Assembly: GCA_965233865.1 (NCBI GenBank)
Contig: OZ247587.1
Span: 704,001 to 768,000, forward strand
DNA length: 64,000 nt
Direction of reading: 5' to 3'
From: Candidatus Neptunichlamydia sp.
GTDB lineage: Bacteria; Chlamydiota; Chlamydiia; Chlamydiales; Simkaniaceae
Of this stretch, positions 9,205 to 19,673 are shown piece after piece (the first letter of the stretch is position 1; every line of letters begins with the position of its first letter). Position numbers and translations under genes: made by a program. The notes under the pieces are model-generated. The model saw nothing but the letters and a program-made list of their open reading frames with translations. It did not search any database and was not told where the DNA came from.

Positions 9205-10371
9205 ATGCTTCTCCTTGCGATCAAAATTCTTATTGGTGACAAAGCAAAGTTTATCGGAATTGTTTTGGGGCTGAGCTTTTCCTCTCTAATTATTGTTCAA
9301 CAATCTTCAATCTTTGCTGGATTAATGGTCCGAACGTTTGGTTTTATCACCGACACCTCACAAGCAGATATTTGGGTGATGGATAAGCAAGTACGATTTA
9401 TTGATGATGTAAAACCTCTACGCGATACCCAACTTTATTTTGCCCGAGGAATTGAAGGCGTGAAATGGGCTGTACCCTTTTACAAGGGGCTTCTCAAAGC
9501 GCGCCTGCGTGGTGGGAATTTCCAGATGTGTAATATCATCGGAATCGATGATTCAACATTAATCGGTGGCCCCCCACGTATGAGAGAAGGAGAAGTTTCT
9601 GATCTGAGACTCGTTGATGCAATCATTGTCAATAAAGTCGGTGCTGATAAAACGCTTGCTGAAAATGGAATCTACAACCCTGAGAAAAAACCTGTCATTC
9701 CTCTCCGAGTCGGTGAGGTTCTTGAAATCAACGATCGAAGAGCTCAAGTCGTTGGAATTTGCGATTCATCGCGCACATTTCAGTCTCAACCCGTAATCTA
9801 TACAACTTACAATCGAGCGCTTAACTATGCTCCTCCAGAGAGGAAACAACTCTCTTATATCCTGATCAAAGCACAAGATGGGGTCTCTCCAAAAGAGCTT
9901 TGTCGCCTGATCAATGCCCGCTCTGATCTTGCTGCTTATACCAACAAAGAATTTAAAAGACTCACCTTTGACTATTATGTGGAAAACACCGGGATTCCTC
10001 TGAATTTTGGGATTGCTGTTCTTTTAGGGGTCATTATTGGAATGGCCATTTCTGGACAGATGTTCTATAATTTCATCCTTGATAACCTCTGCTTCCTTGC
10101 TACATTCAAAGCGATGGGTGCTAATAACCGCCTTCTCACAAAGATGGTACTTCTTCAAGCCGTTTGGGTGGGGTTTATCGGATGGGGGCTAGGTGTGGGC
10201 GCTGCCGCTATTTTTGGGTGGTTTTCCAAAAATAGCGATCTCTCCTTTCTTCTAATCTGGCAACTCTATGTGATTAGCGGCGTTGTGATGTTTTTAATTA
10301 CCGGCCTTTCCTCATGGATAGGCCTCAATCGGGTCTATCGTTTAGATCCTGCAATCGTTTTCAAGAGTTAA
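9205..10371 (+). CDS. ABC transporter permease (FtsX/MacB/DevC-type)
   Basis: One TM, large periplasmic domain, then three TM; ATFKAMGA and terminal LDPAIVF. Confidence 0.9.
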   Translation: MLLLAIKILIGDKAKFIGIVLGLSFSSLIIVQQSSIFAGLMVRTFGFITDTSQADIWVMDKQVRFIDDVKPLRDTQLYFARGIEGVKWAVPFYKGLLKARLRGGNFQMCNIIGIDDSTLIGGPPRMREGEVSDLRLVDAIIVNKVGADKTLAENGIYNPEKKPVIPLRVGEVLEINDRRAQVVGICDSSRTFQSQPVIYTTYNRALNYAPPERKQLSYILIKAQDGVSPKELCRLINARSDLAAYTNKEFKRLTFDYYVENTGIPLNFGIAVLLGVIIGMAISGQMFYNFILDNLCFLATFKAMGANNRLLTKMVLLQAVWVGFIGWGLGVGAAAIFGWFSKNSDLSFLLIWQLYVISGVVMFLITGLSSWIGLNRVYRLDPAIVFKS

Positions 10372-10374
10372 GAT

Positions 10375-11076
10375 ATGAAGAATGAAGTTGCCGTAAAATG
10401 TTCCCAAATTCGGAAATCTTTTGGAGTAGGAAACCTCCGCTTTGAAGCACTCCATGGCATTGACCTTGAAGTCAAATCAGGAGAACTCCTGATGCTTGTT
10501 GGTCCTTCAGGATCTGGGAAAACAACTCTTATCTCGATTATTGCAGGAATCTTGAGCCATGACAATGGACACTGCGAACTATTTGGAAACGATCTCGATG
10601 CTTTTTCTGACTCTGAAAAAACAAAATTTCGAGGAGAAAACCTCGGGTTTGTCTTCCAGTCCTTTAACCTTATTCCGATGCTTTCCAGTTCTGAAAATGT
10701 TGCGATTCCTCTCCTTCTTAATCATATGGACAGACATGAAGCGATAAAACTTGCTGAAAAGCGTCTTGATCAATTTGGTCTTGGAGATAAAGTAGGCGAT
10801 TTTCCCGCGCAACTTTCTGGAGGGCAGCAGCAACGTGTTGCGATTGCTCGAGCAGTCATTCACAACCCCAAACTGATCGTATGCGACGAACCCACGAGCG
10901 CCCTCGATCACGAAAACGGTACACTCGTTCTTAACCACCTCAGAGAAATTGTCGATAAAGAAAACCGGGCTTTGATCGTTGTCACCCACGACTCTCGCAT
11001 TTTTGACTATGCTGATCGCATCATTCACTTAGAAGACGGCAACATCGCTTCCGAGAAAACTAACCACTATAAATAA
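10375..11076 (+). CDS. ABC transporter ATP-binding protein (LolD/DevA-like)
   Basis: Walker A GPSGSGKT, signature LSGGQQQR, Walker B IVCDEPT and H-loop VTHD. Confidence 0.95.
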   Translation: MKNEVAVKCSQIRKSFGVGNLRFEALHGIDLEVKSGELLMLVGPSGSGKTTLISIIAGILSHDNGHCELFGNDLDAFSDSEKTKFRGENLGFVFQSFNLIPMLSSSENVAIPLLLNHMDRHEAIKLAEKRLDQFGLGDKVGDFPAQLSGGQQQRVAIARAVIHNPKLIVCDEPTSALDHENGTLVLNHLREIVDKENRALIVVTHDSRIFDYADRIIHLEDGNIASEKTNHYK

Positions 11077-11191
11077 CCAACTTCAAAGGCTCCAGAAATT
11101 AGATGAATGTTGTATCTAATACTCACACCCGTGGATCGGTTAATATGGAAAGAACAATTTAAATCATAAACAAGGAAAAATAATAGTAGTA

Positions 11192-11731
11192 CTACACTGT
11201 ACGTCGTTTTCTTGCGACCCATATGAGCAATACCGCTACTCCTATTGTAATCGGTAACATAACCGTATAAAGATATTCAGTAAGCACTGCTGCTGCTGCT
11301 GCAAACAAACCAAGTAGAATCCCAATCACGAAAAATGTCGGTTCCACATAGATACCAGTGATGAATGTATTCAACGCAAGAAGAGTTAAGACAATGAGCC
11401 CTGCTTCAAAGCGTCCTATGAGACCTATTCTAACAAAAGCAGAGACTAAATAAACCGCTAAAGCGAGACCAAACCACTGTGCTAGCTCGTGCCAAATTGT
11501 GGTTACACTCATTACACGCTGCTTATGTCTGAGATACCAGGACAAAAACAAACAGAGGACTGCAAAAATAGGCACCATCCAACGCCAATAATCCCATGCT
11601 CCATTTGTCCATAGGTCTGAAATGATCAGCCCGATAAAAGAGAGGCTAATCATAATAATGGCAACCATCAAGCGCATTTTCCAATGATGGTGATGCTTCT
11701 CAATAACAATTTCTTTGTTGCTTCTAGCCAT
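11192..11731 (-). CDS. Hypothetical integral membrane protein (~6 TM)
   Basis: 179 aa, almost entirely hydrophobic helices. Confidence 0.75.
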   Translation of the reverse strand: MARSNKEIVIEKHHHHWKMRLMVAIIMISLSFIGLIISDLWTNGAWDYWRWMVPIFAVLCLFLSWYLRHKQRVMSVTTIWHELAQWFGLALAVYLVSAFVRIGLIGRFEAGLIVLTLLALNTFITGIYVEPTFFVIGILLGLFAAAAAVLTEYLYTVMLPITIGVAVLLIWVARKRRTV

Positions 11732-11827
11732 ATGTACCCTAAATCACTATATCTTTTCAATCTACTGAAAAAAAACAAAAAAAGTCAATTGACATATACG
11801 ACAAACTTTTCAACACTTGTTTTCTGA

Positions 11828-13954
11828 ATGTATGCATCTGGAAATGTAATGGCACTAGAATTTCAAGTACAATATCAGCAACACCTTTCAAATCCTCTTC
11901 TTAACTACAAACGCCTGATTCCTTTTGACCAAATCGAACCCGATCATTTTCTCCCCGCGTTTAATGCGATGGAAGAAGAACTTCTTCCTCAAATCGAACT
12001 CCTTGAAGAAATCGAAAAACCCACCTGGGAATCGATTGTCGTTCCTTTGGAAGAGATCGAGGAAAAGATTCATCGTGTGGTGGGGCCTATGGCACATCTT
12101 AGACTAGTAAAAGATTCACCAGCACTTCGTAAAGCATGGAGCACCGTCGAACCACGGATCAACCAGATGGATCTTCGAATCAAACAAAGTCGTCCTCTCT
12201 TTGAGGCTTTTGAAACTCTTAGAACTAGTGAAACTTGGAACACTTATTCCTCTTCTCAGAAGCGGATCATTAAACTCCGTCTTTTGGAAGCTAAGCTTAA
12301 AGGGATCCATCTTGAAGACTCCGACCTCGATACATTCAACGCATATATTTTTCGCCTTTCTGAATTACAAAGTAGCTACGTCTCTAATATGATTGACGCC
12401 ACGAAAGAAACTGTTTTTATTATCACACAAAAAAAAGAACTCGAGGGAATTCCTTTTTCTACTTTAAAATTCATTTCTGAATTATACAATACAACGCGCT
12501 TAGAAGAAGACCCTCTCTCCACAGCTCAAGAAGGTCCCTGGAAATTATCCCTAACTCCCCACATTTATCTCACGATTCTGCGCCATTGCAAGTGTCGCAA
12601 GACTCGTGAACTCCTTTATAGAGAACAAATTAAAAAGGCCTCTCATGGTGATATCGACAATACCCCAAACTTGATGGAACAACTTCAAGTCCGAAAAGGG
12701 CTCGCCAACCTCCTCAACTATGAAAATTTTGCAGAACTAAGCCTCGCTTCAAAAATGGCTCCCAACATTGAAACTGTAAATAATTTCCTGGAAAAACTTC
12801 GAGAATCAAGTTGGATTTCTGGGAGAGAAGATCTTCTAGATGTCCAACTCTTTGCGGCACGTGCCGGATTTAAAGAACCCTTTATGCCGTGGGATTATGC
12901 CTTTTGGACAGAGCGTCTTCGAGAAGAACGATATCATCTTTCAGAAGAAGAGATGAAACCCTATTTCCAGCTCCCAAAAGTCCTTAAAGGTCTCTTTGAC
13001 CTCTGCCAAAAACTCTTTGGAATTACAATCATCAAGCCTGAAGTTCAACCCCCTGTCTGGCATAAAAATATCAGCTACTATCTGATCTACGATAATAATA
13101 ATGAGCAAATCTCTTCCTTCTACTTTGACCCTTTTACTCGCTCAAGCACAAAACGAGGTGGAGCTTGGACAGAGACTTGCCTTAACAGGACAAGACTCAA
13201 TGGAGAACTTCAGCTTCCGATTGCCTACATCGTTTGCAACTCCGCTCCTCCGATTGGTGAAGACCCAGCTCTACTTACCTTCCGCGAGCTTGAAACACTT
13301 TTTCATGAATTTGGACACGCTCTCCAACACATGCTCACTAAAATCAATTATGGAAGCATTTCGGGAACTAATGGAATCGAATGGGATGCGATTGAAATGG
13401 CAAGTAAGTTCATGGAAAACTGGTGTTATCATAAGCCTACCCTGAGACAAATCACCGCCCACTACAAGTCGGGGGAACCTCTACCTGAAGTTCTTATCGA
13501 AAAAATTCTCTCCGCACGTAATTTCAATGCAGGAAGCAGTATGCTAGCCCAACTCAAGTATAGCATGTGCGACATCTCCCTTCATAGCGACTATGATCCC
13601 TACGGCATCTTCACACCTTTTGATGTCTGGTACGAAAAATGTCTAATCACCTCTCACCTCCCTTGCTTAGAAGAAGACCGCTTCCTCTGCTCTTTCCACC
13701 ACATCTTTGGAGGTAACTCCTACGCTGCTGGTTACTATTCTTATAAGTGGGCAGAAGTTCTGAGTGCTGATGCATTTGAAGCCTTTGTGGAAGCAGGAGA
13801 AGACGACTGGTCGGCGCTACATGTCATCGGTGAAAAGTTCAAAACGACTTTTCTAGAACTTGGCGGCAGCGTCCATCCTATGGAAGTTTTCGAATCTTTT
13901 CGAGGCCGCGCACCTACAATAGAGGCCCTTCTTAACCAATCGGGGCTAAGATAA
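11828..13954 (+). CDS. prlC: Oligopeptidase A (M3 metallopeptidase)
   Basis: TLFHEFGHALQHML zinc motif, KRGGAW, YAAGYYSYKWAEVL, FRGR.P. Confidence 0.93.
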   Translation: MYASGNVMALEFQVQYQQHLSNPLLNYKRLIPFDQIEPDHFLPAFNAMEEELLPQIELLEEIEKPTWESIVVPLEEIEEKIHRVVGPMAHLRLVKDSPALRKAWSTVEPRINQMDLRIKQSRPLFEAFETLRTSETWNTYSSSQKRIIKLRLLEAKLKGIHLEDSDLDTFNAYIFRLSELQSSYVSNMIDATKETVFIITQKKELEGIPFSTLKFISELYNTTRLEEDPLSTAQEGPWKLSLTPHIYLTILRHCKCRKTRELLYREQIKKASHGDIDNTPNLMEQLQVRKGLANLLNYENFAELSLASKMAPNIETVNNFLEKLRESSWISGREDLLDVQLFAARAGFKEPFMPWDYAFWTERLREERYHLSEEEMKPYFQLPKVLKGLFDLCQKLFGITIIKPEVQPPVWHKNISYYLIYDNNNEQISSFYFDPFTRSSTKRGGAWTETCLNRTRLNGELQLPIAYIVCNSAPPIGEDPALLTFRELETLFHEFGHALQHMLTKINYGSISGTNGIEWDAIEMASKFMENWCYHKPTLRQITAHYKSGEPLPEVLIEKILSARNFNAGSSMLAQLKYSMCDISLHSDYDPYGIFTPFDVWYEKCLITSHLPCLEEDRFLCSFHHIFGGNSYAAGYYSYKWAEVLSADAFEAFVEAGEDDWSALHVIGEKFKTTFLELGGSVHPMEVFESFRGRAPTIEALLNQSGLR

Positions 13955-13998
13955 TGAGCCAGAAGAATATCCCCCTTCTTTTGATCTGCTATTGAGCC

Positions 13999-14205
13999 TT
14001 AGAAATCTTGTTTTTGAACTGTTTTTCTTCGATTTATTTCAGCTCTGTCCATGGCTTCATCACAAAGATTCATAACACGCTCTGAAAGAGCTTCAAAACT
14101 TTCTGCAGAAACTCTGAAATCTCCCCTTGACTTGATATATTCTTGAACGAGACTTTTTTTGATTAGCACTTCGCTTTTTTTAGCTTTTTTCTTTTTCTTG
14201 GCCAT
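13999..14205 (-). CDS. Bacterial histone-fold protein with Lys-rich N-terminal tail
   Basis: EVLIKKSLVQEYIK (alpha1), FRVSAE (L1), long alpha2, then RAEINRRKTVQKQDF with the R(K)TVxxxD L2/alpha3 motif. RBS-like AAAGGA lies upstream. Confidence 0.85.
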   Translation of the reverse strand: MAKKKKKAKKSEVLIKKSLVQEYIKSRGDFRVSAESFEALSERVMNLCDEAMDRAEINRRKTVQKQDF

Positions 14206-14429
14206 CTTTAGATCCTTTTGCTTTAATTACGGAATTTTTTTTTATAGCAGAATTCTATTATTTCCTCCAAACTTTCAAATTCCTTATAGAGATAGATAGG
14301 GGTTTGAGATTAAAAAGCCACACTGATTTCGACAGATCTATTATAGCTTGGGAGTCCTGGGAAAAGAAAAATTCGCATCACCACTATGCAAGCTAGCTAG
14401 CAACTAATTAAGAGTTGAAATGAGTTTCT

Positions 14430-15878
14430 TCACCGTAAATCAACCGAACGATCGTGATTAATAAAATACCGATTCAATATTTTATGGCTTCTCATTTCAA
14501 GAACCTCTCGATCAATAACGATTTCAACACCATCTCGAGTAACAATAAAAATATAAGCATCCTCATCACTCTCGACCACTTTAATCAGCTCGCGGATATT
14601 ACGTATTACTTTCCCATTAACTTGATCAACAATTTTCTTTTCCAGATGTTGATATCCCACATTGACAATATCATCAAGAACCCTTGACAAAACAACTACT
14701 TCATCTCTTCCTTCTTGAACTTTCCCGCAAAAAAGATCATAGAAAATGTCTATGAATCCAAGACTTTGGTCAAGGTCAATGTGTCTAAAAAAATTTTGCA
14801 CCAGGGGTTGAAACACTAGCCCCGCAGAAATATAGTAGGTAGGAGGCTTGTCAAACTCTTGACGTACAAGCGGCCTTCCCTTCCGTTTTGGGTCCACAAA
14901 GCTCGTTATTTCCAAGCAACTCCCTTCTCGCATCACTGCAACATCGATGCTATCTCCAAAATGCTTCATCATAATCAAGTATTGAAAAGGGAGTGAAATT
15001 CCCAGATCTTCCAATTCCACCCATCCATGGGAATCAATCTCATATCCATCAAGCGCTAAAAGAATATCTCCAGCTTTTAAGAAATCCGTAAGAAAATGAT
15101 TTTCTGGAACTTCAACAACAAGGAGCCCCCCTTTTCCTTTTGGAATACCATAATAGGCACGCATAGCAGGATTGCGAATAGATTGCACCTTCAAGGGGTT
15201 TTCTGGAAACCCCAAATACTCTCCTCTCTCCACTTCATCCATAAAATGCTTGATAATGGGGATGGGAATCATATACCCGATGTTTTGACCAAGAAAGGAA
15301 GCTTGATGAGCAACTCCCACAACCTTTCCTCCTGAAAGAACCGGTCCTCCACTATTACCAGGGTTAATCGGTGCATCGATCTGAGAAATCAGAAGGTTGG
15401 CTCTAGAATGCGCATAATTTCCGATCTCTACCCGAGAAACAATCCCCTTATTCACAGATATTTCACGCCCTCCCATAGGGAATCCATGAACAACAACCTC
15501 TTCCTGACGATGGATCAGCTCATCACTAAATTGGAGAGCTCTTTTCCCTTCAAAAAAGGAGGGATCTTCTAACTCTAAAACCGCTAAATCGCAATCATGA
15601 CCCACCACTTTTACACGTGCTTCATACCAGTCACGTGAAGATCCGCAGCGGACCTCAATAAATGAAGCATCTTTTATCACATGAGCATTGGTAACAATGA
15701 GATTTCCTTCAATGATAAATCCCGATCCCCCAGTTCTCTCTGTTGTTGGAGGCGCCCAAGGGCTTTCATAATCATAATCCTTGTGAGTTGTCGCAATTTG
15801 CACCACAGAGTTTTTCATCTCTTCCAAGGCAAATACAGAGAAAGTAAAGAAGAGTAATCCAAAAAACAACGATTTCAC
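14430..15878 (-). CDS. HtrA/Deg-family serine protease with PDZ domains (Deg2/Deg9-like architecture)
   Basis: Signal peptide; triad motifs TNAHV, CDLAVL and INPGNSGGP; C-terminal PDZ and Deg2-like tail (Y...GLVFQPL, VNG..IRN). Confidence 0.9.
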   Translation of the reverse strand: MKSLFFGLLFFTFSVFALEEMKNSVVQIATTHKDYDYESPWAPPTTERTGGSGFIIEGNLIVTNAHVIKDASFIEVRCGSSRDWYEARVKVVGHDCDLAVLELEDPSFFEGKRALQFSDELIHRQEEVVVHGFPMGGREISVNKGIVSRVEIGNYAHSRANLLISQIDAPINPGNSGGPVLSGGKVVGVAHQASFLGQNIGYMIPIPIIKHFMDEVERGEYLGFPENPLKVQSIRNPAMRAYYGIPKGKGGLLVVEVPENHFLTDFLKAGDILLALDGYEIDSHGWVELEDLGISLPFQYLIMMKHFGDSIDVAVMREGSCLEITSFVDPKRKGRPLVRQEFDKPPTYYISAGLVFQPLVQNFFRHIDLDQSLGFIDIFYDLFCGKVQEGRDEVVVLSRVLDDIVNVGYQHLEKKIVDQVNGKVIRNIRELIKVVESDEDAYIFIVTRDGVEIVIDREVLEMRSHKILNRYFINHDRSVDLR

Positions 15879-15980
15879 TAGCGACTCCTAAGATAAACTT
15901 TTCAAAAGATTTTATGTAATCTTCCCCTTTCTTGCAATAAATCCCTTTTCAGAATATGAAGAAAAGAAAGAACGAGATGA

Positions 15981-16457
15981 ATGATGTATCAGTTTTTTTC
16001 AAAGATTGGTTACAAAAAAAGACAAGGAGAATGGCTTCCCATTCTATTCGTACGAATTTGCCTAGGGACCTTCTTTATTCTTTCAGGATTCTTTAAGGTT
16101 TTCCATTCCAAGCAGCATACGGCTCTTTTGAAGACACTTCAAAAATCTAATATACCTTTTCCTGAATTTAATGCTTATTTTGTTCCGACCCTAGAATTTA
16201 TCGGAGGGATTCTCACCCTCCTTGGTCTCTTCTGTTCACTTGCATCTCTCATGCTCTTTGCCCTCATGATCATCGTACTTGTAACCGACCGCATAGCCTC
16301 TGTCGCTCTGCACGATGGGCTTATGACTCTCAAAAACTTTCTCTGTCTTCCTGAAATCCTCTTCGCCCTCATGTTCGTCTGGCTTTTCTTCTCTGGACCT
16401 GGCAAACTCTCCCTAGATTTTTCCTATGGAAAAAAGAAGCGCCACTCCACCTATTAA
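15981..16457 (+). CDS. DoxX family membrane protein
   Basis: RI.LG..F..SG..K, EF.GG...LLG and GPGKLSLD motifs. Confidence 0.88.
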   Translation: MMYQFFSKIGYKKRQGEWLPILFVRICLGTFFILSGFFKVFHSKQHTALLKTLQKSNIPFPEFNAYFVPTLEFIGGILTLLGLFCSLASLMLFALMIIVLVTDRIASVALHDGLMTLKNFLCLPEILFALMFVWLFFSGPGKLSLDFSYGKKKRHSTY

Positions 16458-16776
16458 TTCAATTTAAAAAAATTGATGACGTTCTTTTGCTTCATAAAAA
16501 AGTGAGCGATCATCTTCTCCAGTAAGTCTTACTCCTCTTTTTCTTGAAAGGGTAGTTGGATTATGGGCTTTTTAAAAAATATTTATGAACTTATCGCAAG
16601 AGATTTTTTTGGGATTAAAGAAATTTCAAAAGTGTACCCTGCCAGAGTAGATTGAACTCCCTTGAAACCATCAAAAGCCTCTTCAATTCCCTAAAAACAT
16701 CCCGCAGCAAATGTCGCCTTTTCCATATTCAACTCATTTGATATACTGGTCTTGTCAAATTATAAAAGTTTTGAAT

Positions 16777-18954
16777 ATGATGCTACTGGAAATATTAAAA
16801 CGCCCGTTTAACATCTGGTTTCCCTCTCGCGTCAAGGAAAATGCGGAAGGCCTTGAGACCTTCTTAGGAGTCTATTTGCCAAGCGTCTTGCAAATGCTGG
16901 GCGTCATTTTATTTATGCGCCTTGGATGGGTTACAGGACACATTGGTCTCCCGAAAATGACGATCATCATTTTGATGGCCTCTTCAATCCTCTTTTTGAC
17001 AGGGTTATCGATGACTTCAATTGTCACGAATATGAAGATGGGAAGTGGGGGCTCGTACTATATTATTTCCCGTTCCCTTGGAATGGCATTTGGGAGCGCG
17101 ATCGGGATTCTCTTGACAATTGCCCAACTGACGACAATTGCGATTTGCGTATCGGGATTTGCAATTTCCCTTCAGGAACTGATGCCCCACCTTTCCCTAA
17201 CATTTCTGGAACTTTGCACGCTTGCAGGGCTTGCGCTTGTCTCGTCATTCCCTGTCGACTTTGTTCTTAAGACACAAGGAATTATCTTCTGCATTGTCGT
17301 CACCTCTATCGTATCGGTTTTCTTTGGAAGCAGCTCAAATATCCCTGAAACTGTTAAAGTTCTCCCCTCTTTTGAAACAGTCTCATTTTGGGCAGCATTT
17401 GCTCTTTTCTTCCCAGCAACAACGGGGATTGAATCAGGAATGGCTATGTCAGGAGATTTAAAAAGCCCCTCCCGCTCTCTAGCCATAGGGACCCTTGGCG
17501 CAGTCGTCACGGCATATATTGCCTATACATCTTTATCCATTTTCTTAGCGACAGAAGTTCCAGCCGATTATCTGAAATCCCATCCAATGATCATCTATTA
17601 TGTTTCGAAAGTGGGCATTCTCTTTATCTTGGGAGTTTGGGGAGCAACACTCTCAAGTGCCCTGGGAAGTATGATTACTTCTCCTCGCACGCTTCAAGCC
17701 CTTGCAAAAGACAACATCCTCCCTTCATTATTTGCAAAAAGTCCGCGACGGGCGGGAATTTTAATTATTATCCTAGCAACAGCAATGACTTTGTTAACCG
17801 ATATGAACCACCTCCTTCCTATCCTGTCGATGGTCTGCTTGATGACATACGGTCTCTTAAATTTTGTCGCGTTTTTTGAAACCCTTCTGAAGAATCCTAG
17901 CTGGCGCCCCCTTTTTAAAACACCCATTGCTCTTTCGCTTATTGGAACAATTGCTTGTTTGGTGAGCATGTTTATGATCAATGCAGGGTGGACCTTTATT
18001 GTCCTCTTAGCAGTCGTGGGACTCTGCTTTTGGACAACAAAGCGAAACTTAAAGGGAAATTGGAATGACATTCGCTACAGTATTTTTTCCTTTTTTGCAT
18101 CAACGGCAACAAATAAGTTAGTCCATCTTAACAAGAATCCACGGAGCTGGCGCCCCAACATATTAGCGATCGTAGACCCAGAATTAAAGGATCATGGAAT
18201 GATCAATTTCGCCCATGCCCTCAATCAATCCAAAGGATTTCTTACCTATGGAACAACTCTTCTAAAAAGTAAAAGCATTGAGTTTACACAAACGACTTTC
18301 GAAGAATATTTTAAAAAACGGGACATCCCCTGCTTTTTCCACATTAATGCCCACAAAACCTCAGCACTTGGAACACGTAGCATTGTACAGAATTATGGCT
18401 TAGGCCCCTTGCAACCAAACACCATTATTTTGAAGCCTCCAGAAGAAAAGTTAGAAGAGTTTTGTGAACTGATTTGCACTGCATATGAATTGCAGAAGAA
18501 CATCATCATCTTTCAAGGGGATGCGATTGAAAAAAAGAACTCTATCGACCTGTGGTGGGGTGGGCGGTATCACTCTAATTTTGAGCTAGCCCTTGCACTC
18601 TCTCACTTGCTGCAATCAGGAAAGGAGTGGATGAAGGCAAAGATCACAATTAAGACGATCGTCAAAAATAAAGCTGCTGAGATTCATATGACAAAACTCT
18701 TTGAAAAATACCATTCTGTCCTCCGCTTTACCAATCTCTGCTTTAAGTCCTATCTTGATGAATCAACCGATTTTTATGCGCATATCACTGAATGCTCAAC
18801 AGAGGCTGATTTGACATTCTTGGGACTAAGGGCCCCGGACTTTGATGACTACAATACCTATTACAAGCGACTCATAAAGCAAACGGCAGGAATAAAAAAT
18901 GTGGCTTACGTCCTAGCAGGAGAAAAACTCAACTTTCAAGGAATTTTCGAATGA
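16777..18954 (+). CDS. Cation-chloride cotransporter (SLC12-like) / APC permease
   Basis: TFLGVYLP...LGVILFMRLGW, GGSYYIISRSLG, FFPATTGI..G..MSGDL, NPSWRP.F, plus a soluble C-terminal domain (SWRPNIL, IDLWW). Start uncertain (ORF opens at 16711). Confidence 0.88.
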   Translation: MMLLEILKRPFNIWFPSRVKENAEGLETFLGVYLPSVLQMLGVILFMRLGWVTGHIGLPKMTIIILMASSILFLTGLSMTSIVTNMKMGSGGSYYIISRSLGMAFGSAIGILLTIAQLTTIAICVSGFAISLQELMPHLSLTFLELCTLAGLALVSSFPVDFVLKTQGIIFCIVVTSIVSVFFGSSSNIPETVKVLPSFETVSFWAAFALFFPATTGIESGMAMSGDLKSPSRSLAIGTLGAVVTAYIAYTSLSIFLATEVPADYLKSHPMIIYYVSKVGILFILGVWGATLSSALGSMITSPRTLQALAKDNILPSLFAKSPRRAGILIIILATAMTLLTDMNHLLPILSMVCLMTYGLLNFVAFFETLLKNPSWRPLFKTPIALSLIGTIACLVSMFMINAGWTFIVLLAVVGLCFWTTKRNLKGNWNDIRYSIFSFFASTATNKLVHLNKNPRSWRPNILAIVDPELKDHGMINFAHALNQSKGFLTYGTTLLKSKSIEFTQTTFEEYFKKRDIPCFFHINAHKTSALGTRSIVQNYGLGPLQPNTIILKPPEEKLEEFCELICTAYELQKNIIIFQGDAIEKKNSIDLWWGGRYHSNFELALALSHLLQSGKEWMKAKITIKTIVKNKAAEIHMTKLFEKYHSVLRFTNLCFKSYLDESTDFYAHITECSTEADLTFLGLRAPDFDDYNTYYKRLIKQTAGIKNVAYVLAGEKLNFQGIFE

Positions 18955-19673
18955 AAGTACTCATCTATGCCGATGAAGGAGTCAGTTCATTTTCTCTTCA
19001 AGAAACGTTGAAAACTTTTCGCATGCGTTATGCCAACGTGGAGACTGTAGACCACAAAGTTCTTCGCAATAGTGATTGGGAAAAAGAGACATCCCTCCTT
19101 ATTATTCCAGGAGGAAGAGACATCCCTTATGACCGAAAACTCAAAGGAAAGGGAACGGCTAAAATTCGAAAATTTGTAGAGGAAGGAGGTAACTTTCTAG
19201 GTATCTGTGCCGGTGCATACTTTGCCTCCGCCGAAGTCATCTTCGAAAAAGGAACCTTTCTTGAAGTTCATGAGAAGAGGGAGCTCTCTTTTTTTCCAGG
19301 AGCGGCCGTAGGAACTCTTTATCCTCATTCCCCCTTCGTTTACGAATCAGAAGAGGGCTCTCATGCCTCTTCCGTCACGTTCAAAGGAGAGGAGCTCAAT
19401 CTCTACTATAATGGAGGGTGCACCTTCAAAGATGCAGAGAAATACCCCAGAATTACCGTCCTTGCTCGCTTTCATGATGCTGCAGACCAACCCGCAATTA
19501 TTCATTGCAAAGTTGGGAAGGGAAGCACAATTCTTTCGGGCGTTCATTTTGAAGTAAGCCAAAAAAATTTAAAAAAAGAGGGCTGCAAGCAAAAAATGAT
19601 CGATCGTTTAAAAAGCTCGGATTCAAAAAGGGACCGCCTCATCGCTTCTCTCATGAGTTTACTAAACTCATGA
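18951..19673 (+). CDS. Stand-alone biotin-protein ligase N-terminal (BPL_N, class I glutamine amidotransferase-like) domain protein
   Basis: VLIY...GV, IIPGG.D.PY, GG.FLGICAGAY, YYNGG.F and SGVHFE. Confidence 0.85.
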   Translation: MKVLIYADEGVSSFSLQETLKTFRMRYANVETVDHKVLRNSDWEKETSLLIIPGGRDIPYDRKLKGKGTAKIRKFVEEGGNFLGICAGAYFASAEVIFEKGTFLEVHEKRELSFFPGAAVGTLYPHSPFVYESEEGSHASSVTFKGEELNLYYNGGCTFKDAEKYPRITVLARFHDAADQPAIIHCKVGKGSTILSGVHFEVSQKNLKKEGCKQKMIDRLKSSDSKRDRLIASLMSLLNS

